NCBI GenBank assembly: GCA_965648905.1
Contig: CBFGIT010000020.1
Location: 1-48,303 of the forward strand
Source: a candidate division WOR-3 bacterium
Lineage (GTDB): Bacteria; Hydrothermota; Tepidihabitantia; Tepidihabitantales; Tepidihabitantaceae
DNA length: 48,303 nt
Reading direction: 5' to 3'
Shown piece by piece: positions 17,233 through 26,657 of the stretch (position 1 is the first letter of the stretch; every line of letters starts with the position of its first letter). The notes beneath the pieces are model-generated. The model had not been told where the DNA came from. It worked only from the letters and a program-made list of their open reading frames with translations, and searched no databases. The position numbers were made by a program, and so were the translations under genes.

Positions 17233-17997
17233 CTAGAACTCCTTGCGGTTGAAGATTGCTATTGAGATGAAAAGCAGGGTGGCGGCGTAGACCACCGCGT
17301 ACAGCAGTGCCAGCACCAGCGCGCTCGGGTCAAGCAGAGCATTGTTCACAACCTCGCCCCGGATGTTGAAGTTGGCGAAATTGGGCAGGACATAGTAAAG
17401 GAACTGAGCAACCACCTTCACCACCGGCGAGGGGCTCATCGCGGCGAGCAGCCGCAGGTCACGGGTCAGATGGCCGACGAAGTAGACCGCAAACGTGAAT
17501 ACGGCGCCGGTAATCGGCGTCGTGAAAGCCGAGAACAGAACCGCCACCGCGGTCAGCACGGCCAGCTCCGCAAGCGTCATCAACACCGACCAGAGCAGAT
17601 ACGCCGAACCATCGACCCGCAGCACGAATAGAATAAGGTAGAACAGCAGCGTCATGACCGAGAGGCTGACAAACAGCACCGCGAGCAGGCCGAAGTACTT
17701 GCCGAAGATGAACTCCCACCGGCGCACCGGCTTGGCGAGGACGATGTAAATCGTCCGCTTCTCGACCTCCTTGTAGACAATCCGGCCTCCGACCAGCACC
17801 GCAATCAACACGCAAAAAAGCGCAATCGCCGACAGACCGAGGTCCTTGATAATCTTGCTCTCCTCGCCCAGCGCCAGTGGCTGAATCACCCGTGCGCTGC
17901 CCATGACCACCGCAGCAAAGACCAGCAACGTCACGAGCACCTTATCGCGGATTGACTCCCGGAAGGTGTTGAATGCCACCGCCACGATTCTGCCCAT
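17233..17997 (-). CDS. ABC-2 type permease (PilI/XapB-like)
   Basis: About 6 TM helices; EVEKRTIYIVLAKPVRRWEFIFGKY. Confidence 0.88.
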   Translation of the reverse strand: MGRIVAVAFNTFRESIRDKVLVTLLVFAAVVMGSARVIQPLALGEESKIIKDLGLSAIALFCVLIAVLVGGRIVYKEVEKRTIYIVLAKPVRRWEFIFGKYFGLLAVLFVSLSVMTLLFYLILFVLRVDGSAYLLWSVLMTLAELAVLTAVAVLFSAFTTPITGAVFTFAVYFVGHLTRDLRLLAAMSPSPVVKVVAQFLYYVLPNFANFNIRGEVVNNALLDPSALVLALLYAVVYAATLLFISIAIFNRKEF

Positions 17998-17999
17998 CG

Positions 18000-18947
18000 T
18001 TACCCCTTTGCCGCCTGGCTGACCTGAGTCATGAAATGGTCCTCCAGGGTCTTGCGTCTGGGCACAATCGCCACGACCCTCGCCTGGGCCTCGCGTGCAA
18101 TCGCCGTCACCTTGTCAACATCTTCCTCATTCCGGAGCGTAAGCAGCAGCTCATCGCCCGACTGAATTGAACGCTCGGCCACCCGCTCCATTGCCTTGCG
18201 GAACTTGCCGGCTGCGCCCCGAACCGTGACATCAATTGACTCGGTGTTCTCGCCCAGGATTTCGCTCAGTTGCCCGACATTCACCATCCGGCCGCCGATG
18301 ATGATCCCGACCCGGTCGCAGACCATCTCGACATCGGTCAGGATATGAGTTGAGAAGAAAACCGTCTTGCCCTGGTCCCGCAATCCGGCAATCAGGTCCC
18401 GAAACTCGCGCCGCCCAATCGGGTCCAGTCCGCCCATCGGCTCGTCGAGCACGACCACAGCCGGGTCGCCGACCAGCGCCTGCGCAATCCCCATTCGCTG
18501 CAACATCCCGCGCGAGTAGCCGCGCATCTGCTGATTCGCTGCCGACTCCATCCGCACCAGCCGCAGCAGACTCCTGATTCGTTCATCGGTCTCGCTCTTC
18601 GGAACACCGGCCAGGCGTGCGGCAAACTGGAGGAACTCCCGTGCGGTCAGGTACTCGTAGAAGTAAGGGGACTCGGGCAGGAATCCTATCTTTGCCTTGA
18701 CCCGGGCATCATACGTCGGCCGTCCCAGCACCTGGGCGCGGCCCGAACTCGGCCGCGACAGTCCCATCAGTATCTTTATCAACGAAGTCTTACCCGCGCC
18801 GTTTGGCCCGAGGAATCCAAACACTTCCCCCTTCTCGACCCTGATACTGACATCGGTCAAGGCCTGGACGCGCCGCATCCGGAAACCGGAGCGGTAGGTC
18901 TTCGACAGCCGGACCGTCTCGATGGCCGGTTCGATAACTGCCGTCAT
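18000..18947 (-). CDS. ABC transporter ATP-binding protein (PilH/XapD-like)
   Basis: GPNGAGKTS, YSRGM, LDEP and STH motifs. Confidence 0.93.
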   Translation of the reverse strand: MTAVIEPAIETVRLSKTYRSGFRMRRVQALTDVSIRVEKGEVFGFLGPNGAGKTSLIKILMGLSRPSSGRAQVLGRPTYDARVKAKIGFLPESPYFYEYLTAREFLQFAARLAGVPKSETDERIRSLLRLVRMESAANQQMRGYSRGMLQRMGIAQALVGDPAVVVLDEPMGGLDPIGRREFRDLIAGLRDQGKTVFFSTHILTDVEMVCDRVGIIIGGRMVNVGQLSEILGENTESIDVTVRGAAGKFRKAMERVAERSIQSGDELLLTLRNEEDVDKVTAIAREAQARVVAIVPRRKTLEDHFMTQVSQAAKG

Positions 18948-18956
18948 GACCCTGCG

Positions 18957-18984
18957 ATTATAGAAGAGGCCTAGCTCGTGTCAA
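18957..18984 (-). promoter_or_regulatory. sigma70 promoter TTGACA-N16-TATAAT
   Basis: Perfect hexamers; ATG follows after 9 nt with no SD. Confidence 0.85.
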
Positions 18985-19215
18985 GCAGGCCGAAGCGACA
19001 GCAGCACTCATCCCGAAGGAGACAGAGTTCGGCAGGCCCGGGCTGTGCGAGCATATGGCCGATGCATCATCGCCGCACCCATCCTGTGCAGACGTCCGCA
19101 CCCGCTCGCGTGTAGCCGCAGACCCCTTCATCTCATCTTCCAAATGCTGACTTCGCTGATGAACTCACCCGATGTCAGGAATCTCGTATTGCCCACCAGC
19201 GATTCCTGTAGTGTC

Positions 19216-19240
19216 TAACTACAATCACATCAATGAATTA
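19216..19240. other. Spaced palindrome TAACT-N15-AATTA
   Basis: The same geometry recurs at 35371, 35881 and 35932. Confidence 0.5.
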
Positions 19241-19452
19241 CGCATATGAACCAAGCCCGAAATACCCGACCGTGCACGCCCGGTGGGCCGTTCCCCCAAG
19301 CATTCCCATTGTTACTCTAGTTGGGATGACCAGTGTCCTTGTTCGATTCCACGGTCTCGGCCATCCTGAAGACATGCCGCGCGGTCTTGCACAAGTGCAA
19401 CCAGTCTGCGACTAGCGGTGAATTGCCATCGGCGCAATCCATCTAACGCCAG

Positions 19453-19600
19453 CCGGCACGACCGCCGTGCTCTCGCACTGCCCGCTTCCCGGCACGACCG
19501 TCGGCATCTCGACAGGCCCGACCACAGGCATTGCTCAAAGCCAGACCAGCAGCCCGGCTCAAAGCCTGGCAAGCTGCCAACCCTTTGGTATCCTGGTTTG
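19453..19600. repeat. Decayed 12-bp-periodic tract
   Basis: ccggcacgaccg at 19453/19489 (36 apart), acaggc at 19512/19524 (12 apart), gctcaaagcc at 19533/19557 (24 apart). Confidence 0.6.
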
Positions 19601-19755
19601 GTATTCGTCTGCACCTTCTCCTTTCGAAGCCACCGGATCTTGGGCGAACATCCCGCGGCATCTTCTCTGAGGTCCTGATGGGACTGCAGCATCGCAACAT
19701 CATTGCCAGACCTGCTGACGCGTCAACTTCACGGTCCATTGTCCCGCGCACCATC

Positions 19756-19783
19756 TTGACTGATGGGGCAGCAGCGCTAGGAT
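19756..19783 (+). promoter_or_regulatory. sigma70 promoter TTGACT-N16-TAGGAT
   Basis: About 100 nt upstream of the ATG at 19881. Confidence 0.65.
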
Positions 19784-19880
19784 TGTCTGCAGCGCCGCGG
19801 CGCTACCTGGTCGAGCTGTCCTGGAACTTCCTTTCGCTGTGAGGCGCTGGCAGAAGACTGGTCGAAAACAGGAGGCAAAG

Positions 19881-22800
19881 ATGCACGGATTGACCGTGGT
19901 GGTTGTGCTTGGCTTGTTTTTCGGTCCGACTCATGGCGGCAGCAATGTTGCCGCGCTGGAACAGGATGTTATCTGGGACCCCGAGGTCCGGCTGACCTAC
20001 AACAGCCTGTACGAGTACACCGACTACTCAAACCAGCGCAATGTTGTGGTTGACCCGGCCGGCCGGGTTCATGTTGTCTGGTATCGTTCCGGAACCGGGA
20101 CGTTCGGCATTCAGTTGATGTACAAGCGCTACACGCCCGGCTCGGGCTGGTCCCAGGATACCTGCATCACCCAGGAGAACACGTCGCTCTACCACAGCCG
20201 GTATCCATCGCTGGCCTGCGATTCGGCCGGCGTGCTGGGTGTTGTCTACAACTGCGGCAACGCAAGCAATCCGAGCCAGTATGTCTTCTTCAAGCAGTGC
20301 GTGCCTCAAGGAACGGGCAATGCCGGCTGGGATTCGGTCGGTACGCTCATCTCGAACGACATCCAGTCCCAGTACAAGTATGTCCCGAGCATCGCCGCGT
20401 CGCCGGACGGCCGCTTTCACACGGCCTGGACCCAGGACCGCTCGCCGGATTTCAGTGTCACCTACCGCGAGCGCATCGGCGCGACCTGGCAGCCGGAAGT
20501 CAACATATCGGCCAACGTCTATTACAAGAGCGGCACATGCATCGCCGCGGGCCGGGACGGAACCGTGCACGTTGTCTGGCACGGGACGTTGAGTACCAAT
20601 TCGTACTACCAGGTGCAGTATCTGGGTCGGTTCGGCGGGACCTGGATGACAACGCCCCAGAATGTCTCCGCCGGCGGAGCACAGCACTGCTACTATCCGT
20701 CGCTGGCGGTCGACCCGACCACGAATCGGCCCGCGGTCGCCTGGTATGTGGCACCGGTCGGCGTGCCGTATCAACGGGTGGTCTACAAGTCGCGCACCGG
20801 CACGACGCCATCTGACCCGTGGCAGGCAGTCGGCGACACGCTCTCGGACCCGGGCAGCAATTTCTACCAGTACGGTGCACACCTTACGTTCACGACCATG
20901 GGCTCAGCCCACGTGGTCTGGTATGCGAACTCGATCCACTCGCCTTCGTGGTATCAGCTTCGCTACAACGAACTACTTCCCGGTCGCACTTGGGACAGCC
21001 CGGTCAGTCTCACGTATCTCTCTTCGCACCGCTACATGCCGTCACTCGCGAGCGGCGGTGACAGCACTCACCCCTATGACCTGCATCTGGTATGGTATGA
21101 CTACCGGTTCGGTGGTGCGGGTGAGATATACTACCGTCGTGCCCAGCCGGCCGTGCCGCTGGATGTCGGCGTGGCCAGCTTTGTGCCCAATGGGCTCTAT
21201 CTGTTGGACAGCATGGTGCCCCGGGCATGGGTGAAGAACTACGGCACAGCCATACCTGATTCGTTCGACGTGCGGCTCAGCATCACACCCGGCTACTCGA
21301 ACACGGTCCGCGTGGCCGGCCTGGCTCCAGGCGAAAGCGCGCAGGTCTTCTTCCCGGTCTGGCAGCCGGCCGGGACCGGTGTCTATGCCGCCACATGTTC
21401 CACGCAACTGGCCGGCGACGCCTGCAACTCCAACGATGCCCGGGTATCCACTTCGATGATTGCAGACTTCCTTGACACCTTTGACCCGGACGACGGCGCC
21501 TATCGAGCTGGACCGCCGACCGGCGGCTGGGCCTGGCGCAGGCCGGCTGCGCCACGACCCGGGCCAATCAGTCCGCCCAACGTCTGGACCCTGCCCGACT
21601 CGGGTAACTACGGGACCAATGGTGACTGGTATCTGTATTCTTGTTACTACCGGGCCGAGCAGGACTGGCCGACGCTTGCGTTCTGGCACTGGTACAACAC
21701 CGAGACGGCGCGCGACGGCGGCAATCTGCAGTTCAGTACCGACCGAGGCGCTTCATGGCAGCGGCTCGCGCCCTGGACCCTGTACTCGCTGCCCTACTAC
21801 GGCTACGTCACCGCCCTGGCCGACACCGGCTGGTCCGGTTCTTCGGAGATGTGGCGCATCGCCTGGTTCCGCGTGCCAGTCTCGCGCGGAACCGTGTTCA
21901 AGCTGCTCTGGCGGTTCCGCAGCGATGCATCGGGTCAGTATCCGGGCTGGATGATTGACAACGTTGCCGGTCTGGGCGCACGCCACGCGGTTGATGTTGC
22001 CGCGGTCAGAATCTTTGCGCCCCGTGACACGGTCGACTATGCCTCGAGCGTCACACCCCGGGCCCGGGTGCGCAACTTCGGCTCAAGAGCGCAGGTCTGT
22101 GACGTACGTCTGACGATTGGAGGCAGGTATGCCGCGGTCGAATCAGCTCGAATCGGACCGGACGACTCGACGGTCGTGGTCTTTCCGGACTGGGTGGTTG
22201 ACACCTCGGGGGCGACAGTCGTGACCTGTTCGACTGCGCTCGCGAACGATGACGTGCCGGATAACGACCGGATTGAGCAGCCGCTTTTCCTGCGCCGGAT
22301 TGACGTCGGTCCGACCGCGATTCTCTCACCCTATGACACGCTGCCCGGTGCGGTCTTCGCGCCTGCGGTCAGGCTGGCCAATTTCGGCACCGGGCCTGCG
22401 GTGTTTGACCTGCGCCTATTGATTGATCGGGGTGGCGATGTCGTGGTCTACGACACCACTGAAACCGGTATCAGGCTTGAGGCTGGAGACACCGTAACCC
22501 ATGTCTTTGCCAAAGCCTGGCACGCCGACTCGGTCGGGGTCTATGCTGTTACCGCCCACACCATGCTTGTCGGAGACCAGGTTCCGGCCAATGACCTGGC
22601 CCGTAGGGACGTGCGGATTGCCAAGCTGTACGCTCGGGGCTGGCGCGAGATGAAGAGCGTGCCGAGTCTGCCTTCAGGCAAGGCGGTGAAAGATGGTGGA
22701 TGGCTTGCCGGCTATGACGGGCTCATCTATGCGGCCAAGGGAACGAAGACCGGCGACTTCTACTGCTACCATCCGTTCGGCGACTCATGGCGAACACTCA

Positions 22801-23972
22801 CGCCGATGCCTGCGGGCCAAGAGAACAAACCACCGGCCAAGGGCGCAGTTGGTGCTGCTGGTCCGGGCCTCGTGTACGCGACCAAGGGTAACAACACGCA
22901 AGGGTTCTATGGCTATGACATCGCGCAGGACTCGTGGTATCAGCTTGCTGACGTGCCGCTCGGCACGACCGGAAAGAAGGTCAAGGGCGGCACCGACCTG
23001 GTCTACGTACCAGGGGCAGATGTCAGAGGTCAGGATGACGGCTCGGGTTTCGGATTTCGGACTTCAGCCTTCAGGCTTCCGGCGTCTGATGAAGCCGGCG
23101 GCTTTGTCTACCTGCTCAAGGGCTACAAGAACGAGTTCTGGCGCTACGACGTTCTGACCAACTCCTGGCAGTCACTGGCTCCAGCTCCACTCGGCGTTTC
23201 GGGCCGAGGCAAATACGACCGTGGGTCATGGCTGGTCTGGAACCAGGCCGGAGCACTCTTTGTCCACAAGTCTAAGTACCACGAGCTCTATGCCTACTCA
23301 ATCGAGCAGGACTCCTGGTCCGGGCAACTGACCGGCATGCCGCTCAATAGTGCCGGCGGCAAGAAGAAGAAGGCCAAAGACGGGTCATGCGCGGTCTGGC
23401 TCGACAGCCTGGTCTATGCGCTGAAAGGCGGCAACACCCAGGACTTCTATTCATACAACCCGGCCACCGATTCCTGGACTACGCTCGAGACGATTCCTGC
23501 GTTCGGCACTGCCAACAGCAAGAAGAAAGTCAAGACCGGTGGGGACCTGACCGTTGCTGGGCCGCTCCTCTACGCGCTCAAGGGGAACAAGTGCCTTGAG
23601 TTCTGGCGCTATGTGCCGGCCAGCGCACCGGTCGATGCCCGGTCGCGGTCTGCGACCGGAGTACAGGCTCTCGTCATAGACAACCCTCGTTCACGCCTGA
23701 CCATTGCCCCGAACCCGCTCCGTGCCGGCTTTGTCACCATCAACCTGTCTTCGGCAACGGGCCGCCTGACCGCTGGGTTGCCTGACCAGGTCAGCATCAG
23801 CATCTACGACGCCGTGGGCCGAGAGGTGATTCGGTCGAGCTCGCAGTCATCCTTTGTCTCGCCTGTCACGCTTGACCTTCGGTCATTGCGGGCCGGCGTG
23901 TACCTGGTCCGACTGGGCGACGAGAGCACACGCAGACAAGTGGCTGCAACCCGAATCATTGTCGTGAGATGA
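19881..23972 (+). CDS. Large secreted protein: BNR-like propeller + CARDB-like Ig + jelly-roll + Lys-rich Kelch-like propeller + T9SS-CTD-like tail
   Basis: Signal peptide, VHVVW repeats, DVGV/RN.G Ig repeats, DGGNLQFSTDRG, YALKG repeats and IAPNP..IYDAVGREV..LRAGVYLVRL. ATG at 19881 with an AGGAGG RBS. Confidence 0.85.
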   Translation: MHGLTVVVVLGLFFGPTHGGSNVAALEQDVIWDPEVRLTYNSLYEYTDYSNQRNVVVDPAGRVHVVWYRSGTGTFGIQLMYKRYTPGSGWSQDTCITQENTSLYHSRYPSLACDSAGVLGVVYNCGNASNPSQYVFFKQCVPQGTGNAGWDSVGTLISNDIQSQYKYVPSIAASPDGRFHTAWTQDRSPDFSVTYRERIGATWQPEVNISANVYYKSGTCIAAGRDGTVHVVWHGTLSTNSYYQVQYLGRFGGTWMTTPQNVSAGGAQHCYYPSLAVDPTTNRPAVAWYVAPVGVPYQRVVYKSRTGTTPSDPWQAVGDTLSDPGSNFYQYGAHLTFTTMGSAHVVWYANSIHSPSWYQLRYNELLPGRTWDSPVSLTYLSSHRYMPSLASGGDSTHPYDLHLVWYDYRFGGAGEIYYRRAQPAVPLDVGVASFVPNGLYLLDSMVPRAWVKNYGTAIPDSFDVRLSITPGYSNTVRVAGLAPGESAQVFFPVWQPAGTGVYAATCSTQLAGDACNSNDARVSTSMIADFLDTFDPDDGAYRAGPPTGGWAWRRPAAPRPGPISPPNVWTLPDSGNYGTNGDWYLYSCYYRAEQDWPTLAFWHWYNTETARDGGNLQFSTDRGASWQRLAPWTLYSLPYYGYVTALADTGWSGSSEMWRIAWFRVPVSRGTVFKLLWRFRSDASGQYPGWMIDNVAGLGARHAVDVAAVRIFAPRDTVDYASSVTPRARVRNFGSRAQVCDVRLTIGGRYAAVESARIGPDDSTVVVFPDWVVDTSGATVVTCSTALANDDVPDNDRIEQPLFLRRIDVGPTAILSPYDTLPGAVFAPAVRLANFGTGPAVFDLRLLIDRGGDVVVYDTTETGIRLEAGDTVTHVFAKAWHADSVGVYAVTAHTMLVGDQVPANDLARRDVRIAKLYARGWREMKSVPSLPSGKAVKDGGWLAGYDGLIYAAKGTKTGDFYCYHPFGDSWRTLTPMPAGQENKPPAKGAVGAAGPGLVYATKGNNTQGFYGYDIAQDSWYQLADVPLGTTGKKVKGGTDLVYVPGADVRGQDDGSGFGFRTSAFRLPASDEAGGFVYLLKGYKNEFWRYDVLTNSWQSLAPAPLGVSGRGKYDRGSWLVWNQAGALFVHKSKYHELYAYSIEQDSWSGQLTGMPLNSAGGKKKKAKDGSCAVWLDSLVYALKGGNTQDFYSYNPATDSWTTLETIPAFGTANSKKKVKTGGDLTVAGPLLYALKGNKCLEFWRYVPASAPVDARSRSATGVQALVIDNPRSRLTIAPNPLRAGFVTINLSSATGRLTAGLPDQVSISIYDAVGREVIRSSSQSSFVSPVTLDLRSLRAGVYLVRLGDESTRRQVAATRIIVVR
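23016..23091. repeat. Degenerate 7-nt tandem repeats inserted in frame in a Kelch loop
   Basis: gcagatg tcagagg tcaggat ... tcgggtt tcggatt tcggact tcagcct tcaggct tccggcg tctgatg. Confidence 0.8.
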
Positions 23973-23975
23973 TTC

Positions 23976-26630
23976 ATGGCGAAGATGGTGGCACCGGCAC
24001 TGACTTTGTTCATGGCCCTGGCCGTGCTTGCTGCGAAGCCGACTCAGGCATCATTCCCTGACCCGTTCCTTGTCACACCGGGACTTGCCTACGGCCCAGC
24101 TCTCATGTACCAGAGCTCCGCTGCATCGGCCGCAGGCGAAGACCAGTACCTTGTTGCCTGGATTGACGACCGCGACGGCTACTACTCAGGCCAGCACCTT
24201 CTGGTCGCGGCGCGAGTTCGCAGCGACGGCGTCCTGCTTGACTCTGCCGGCATAGTTGTCCATGAAGCCGCCGGTGAACTCGGGGAGGAAGGGAGCGTCG
24301 CGGTCGGCTGGGATGGTACCAACTTCCTGGTCGTCTGGGAAGAATGGCTTGACCTACACTTCGACGTGTTCGCCCGCCGGGTAAGCGCATCAGGCGTTGT
24401 CCTTGACTCGACGCCAATCGCGATTGTTCGCGCGCCTGACCAACAGTCAATGCCCGGGGTCGCATTCGATGGCACGAAGTACCTGGTTGTCTGGACCGAC
24501 TACCGTGAGGAGCCCAGCCATCCATTCGGGGTCTGGGGCACTTTTGTCAGCACCGACGGCGTCGTGCTTGATACGGTCGGCTTTCTCATCACTGGCGAAG
24601 AGGTTGAAGACCCCGGGTTGCCGTTGCTCTTTGACGGTACCAAGTACTGCCTGCTGTTCACGCTCTGGCAAGGCGCGACTCGACCCGACATCGGCATGGT
24701 CAGAATTACGACCGACGGCCAGGTGCTCGACTCGGCCCCTCTGCCGGTCTGCGTGGCCGAGAGCAGCCAGTACAGCCCGTCGGCCGCATTCGACGGAACC
24801 AACATCCTCGTGGTCTGGACCGACCGCCGCAAGTGGCAGCATTCAGGCGCAGACATCTACGGCCGCCGGATAACGCCGAACGGAGTAATTGTTGATACCA
24901 TACCGATCACGGTGTGCGATGCGGGCGGGAATCAGTTCCAGCCACGTGCTGTCAGTTGCGGGAACCGCTTCCTGGTCAGTTGGTGCGACCAGCGTAATGG
25001 GGATGACGACATCTATGCCAGCCGCGTCTCCAGCCAGGGGGCAGTCCTTGACCCGGGTGGATTCGCCCTTGCCACCGGACAATGGACCCGCCAGGAAGAA
25101 CCGGTCCTGGCAACGGCTGACAACAAAGTGCTCTGCGTCTGGCGTGGCGAGGACCGGTATTTCTGGGGCGACATCCGTGGACTGCTGTTCGACCCCCAGA
25201 CGCCGCCCGCCGACACCTCCTCCTGGCTGGTTTCCAGTTCGGGTTGCAGTCAGAACACGCCGGCAATCGCCTTTGACGGAACCAACTACCTTGTCGTGTG
25301 GCAGGAGTGGCGTGGGCCGACCTACACCGACATCCACGCCTGTCGGGTGACGCCGGACGGTAGAATCCTCGACTCGGCCGGTATCGCGATTGCCGCGACC
25401 GAGGACCACGACGAGCTGCCCCGGGTCGCGGCCTGCGGCGACCGGTTTCTCGTGGTCTGGACCAGACTGAGCACAGACTACACTTGGTCGGTACGGGGTT
25501 GCCGTGTGGCGAGTGACGGCACCGTGCTCGACCCACAGAGCATCGACCTCGCACCGGGTCAGCTTTGCTTCGACCCGGCGGTTGCTGCCGATGGGAACAA
25601 CTGGCTTGTTGCCTGGATTGACCCGCGGCTTGGTGGCGGTGAGACGCGGGTTTTCGGAACCCGCGTGAGCCGTGACGGTGAAGTCCTTGACCCGCAGGGC
25701 GTGCAGCTATCATTCTTCACTGGTCGGCAGTGGACCCAGCCGGCAATCTGCTGGAACGGTACGCACTACCTTGTTGCCTGGGACCATGACACAAGGCAGG
25801 ACGAGAGTTGGCACATCTGCGGTACGCGCGTGACCCCGGAGGCGACCGTGCTTGACAGCCCGGAGGTTTCCATCTCCCGACCAAGCTCTCAGACCTACTG
25901 CCCGGACATTACCAGTAACGGCCGCGAATGGTTCGTTGTCTGGCAGGACGGCGGGTACGAGTTCCGCGCGATTCTCGGCGCACGGGTCACCGCTCAAGGC
26001 ACGATTCTTGACACCGCGCCGATCGTTGTTGGTTATCGGTACCAGTGGTTCTACTCGCTGCCCACGGTCGCACACAACGGCAGCGAGTACTGCGTCGCCT
26101 GGGACGGATGGACTCACTACTACCACCACAGCATCTATGGCGCGCGGGTGAGCGAGGCGGGTGTGCTCCTGGACACGTTTGCCGTCTGTGACGAACCACG
26201 CGGCCAGTACCAGCCAGCGCTGGCCCACGGGCCGGGGAGTCAGATTGCCTGCTGCTGGTCCGGCTGGACCACGCGTGTCAACGGCCGCGCTGCCAATAGC
26301 CGGCGCATCTGGGCGGTCTTCGACAGCGTGCTGTCCGGAACATCCGGAGCTGCCGCCCGGCGTCAACCAGTTTCATTCTCGATTCAACCCAATCCGATTC
26401 GGAAGTGCCTCGCGACATTCGCCCTGAGCGGACTGGCCGAACAGGAAGCAAGCCGCCCGCTGGAACTCAGCGTGTTCGACGTCTCAGGCCGCAGGGTGCT
26501 TCATACGTCGTTCGTCGTCGCCACCACGTCATTTCAACTTGACCTTCGCGGATTGCCGGCCGGAGTCTATGCCGTCCGTCTGTCAGTCGGTAACTGCTCG
26601 GCCGTGCGGAAACTGGTTATTCAGCGCTAG
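23976..26630 (+). CDS. Secreted repeat protein (~14 FDGTNYLVVW-type blades) with T9SS-CTD-like tail
   Basis: Signal peptide; repeats of P.vA.dG.nyLVvW...di.g.Rv..dG.vLD; C-terminal IQPNP..VFDVSGRRV..LPAGVYAVRL..RKLVIQR. Confidence 0.85.
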   Translation: MAKMVAPALTLFMALAVLAAKPTQASFPDPFLVTPGLAYGPALMYQSSAASAAGEDQYLVAWIDDRDGYYSGQHLLVAARVRSDGVLLDSAGIVVHEAAGELGEEGSVAVGWDGTNFLVVWEEWLDLHFDVFARRVSASGVVLDSTPIAIVRAPDQQSMPGVAFDGTKYLVVWTDYREEPSHPFGVWGTFVSTDGVVLDTVGFLITGEEVEDPGLPLLFDGTKYCLLFTLWQGATRPDIGMVRITTDGQVLDSAPLPVCVAESSQYSPSAAFDGTNILVVWTDRRKWQHSGADIYGRRITPNGVIVDTIPITVCDAGGNQFQPRAVSCGNRFLVSWCDQRNGDDDIYASRVSSQGAVLDPGGFALATGQWTRQEEPVLATADNKVLCVWRGEDRYFWGDIRGLLFDPQTPPADTSSWLVSSSGCSQNTPAIAFDGTNYLVVWQEWRGPTYTDIHACRVTPDGRILDSAGIAIAATEDHDELPRVAACGDRFLVVWTRLSTDYTWSVRGCRVASDGTVLDPQSIDLAPGQLCFDPAVAADGNNWLVAWIDPRLGGGETRVFGTRVSRDGEVLDPQGVQLSFFTGRQWTQPAICWNGTHYLVAWDHDTRQDESWHICGTRVTPEATVLDSPEVSISRPSSQTYCPDITSNGREWFVVWQDGGYEFRAILGARVTAQGTILDTAPIVVGYRYQWFYSLPTVAHNGSEYCVAWDGWTHYYHHSIYGARVSEAGVLLDTFAVCDEPRGQYQPALAHGPGSQIACCWSGWTTRVNGRAANSRRIWAVFDSVLSGTSGAAARRQPVSFSIQPNPIRKCLATFALSGLAEQEASRPLELSVFDVSGRRVLHTSFVVATTSFQLDLRGLPAGVYAVRLSVGNCSAVRKLVIQR

Positions 26631-26657
26631 TTCAGGGACTGCTGCAGAGCCTCGGGT

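Noticed and set aside
19233..19842. Short ORFs, a CRISPR array or a known riboswitch in the long intergenic region
   Set aside because: The ORFs lack RBS or promoter support and have low-complexity periodic translations. There are no identical repeats with unique spacers, and I recognised no riboswitch consensus by eye.
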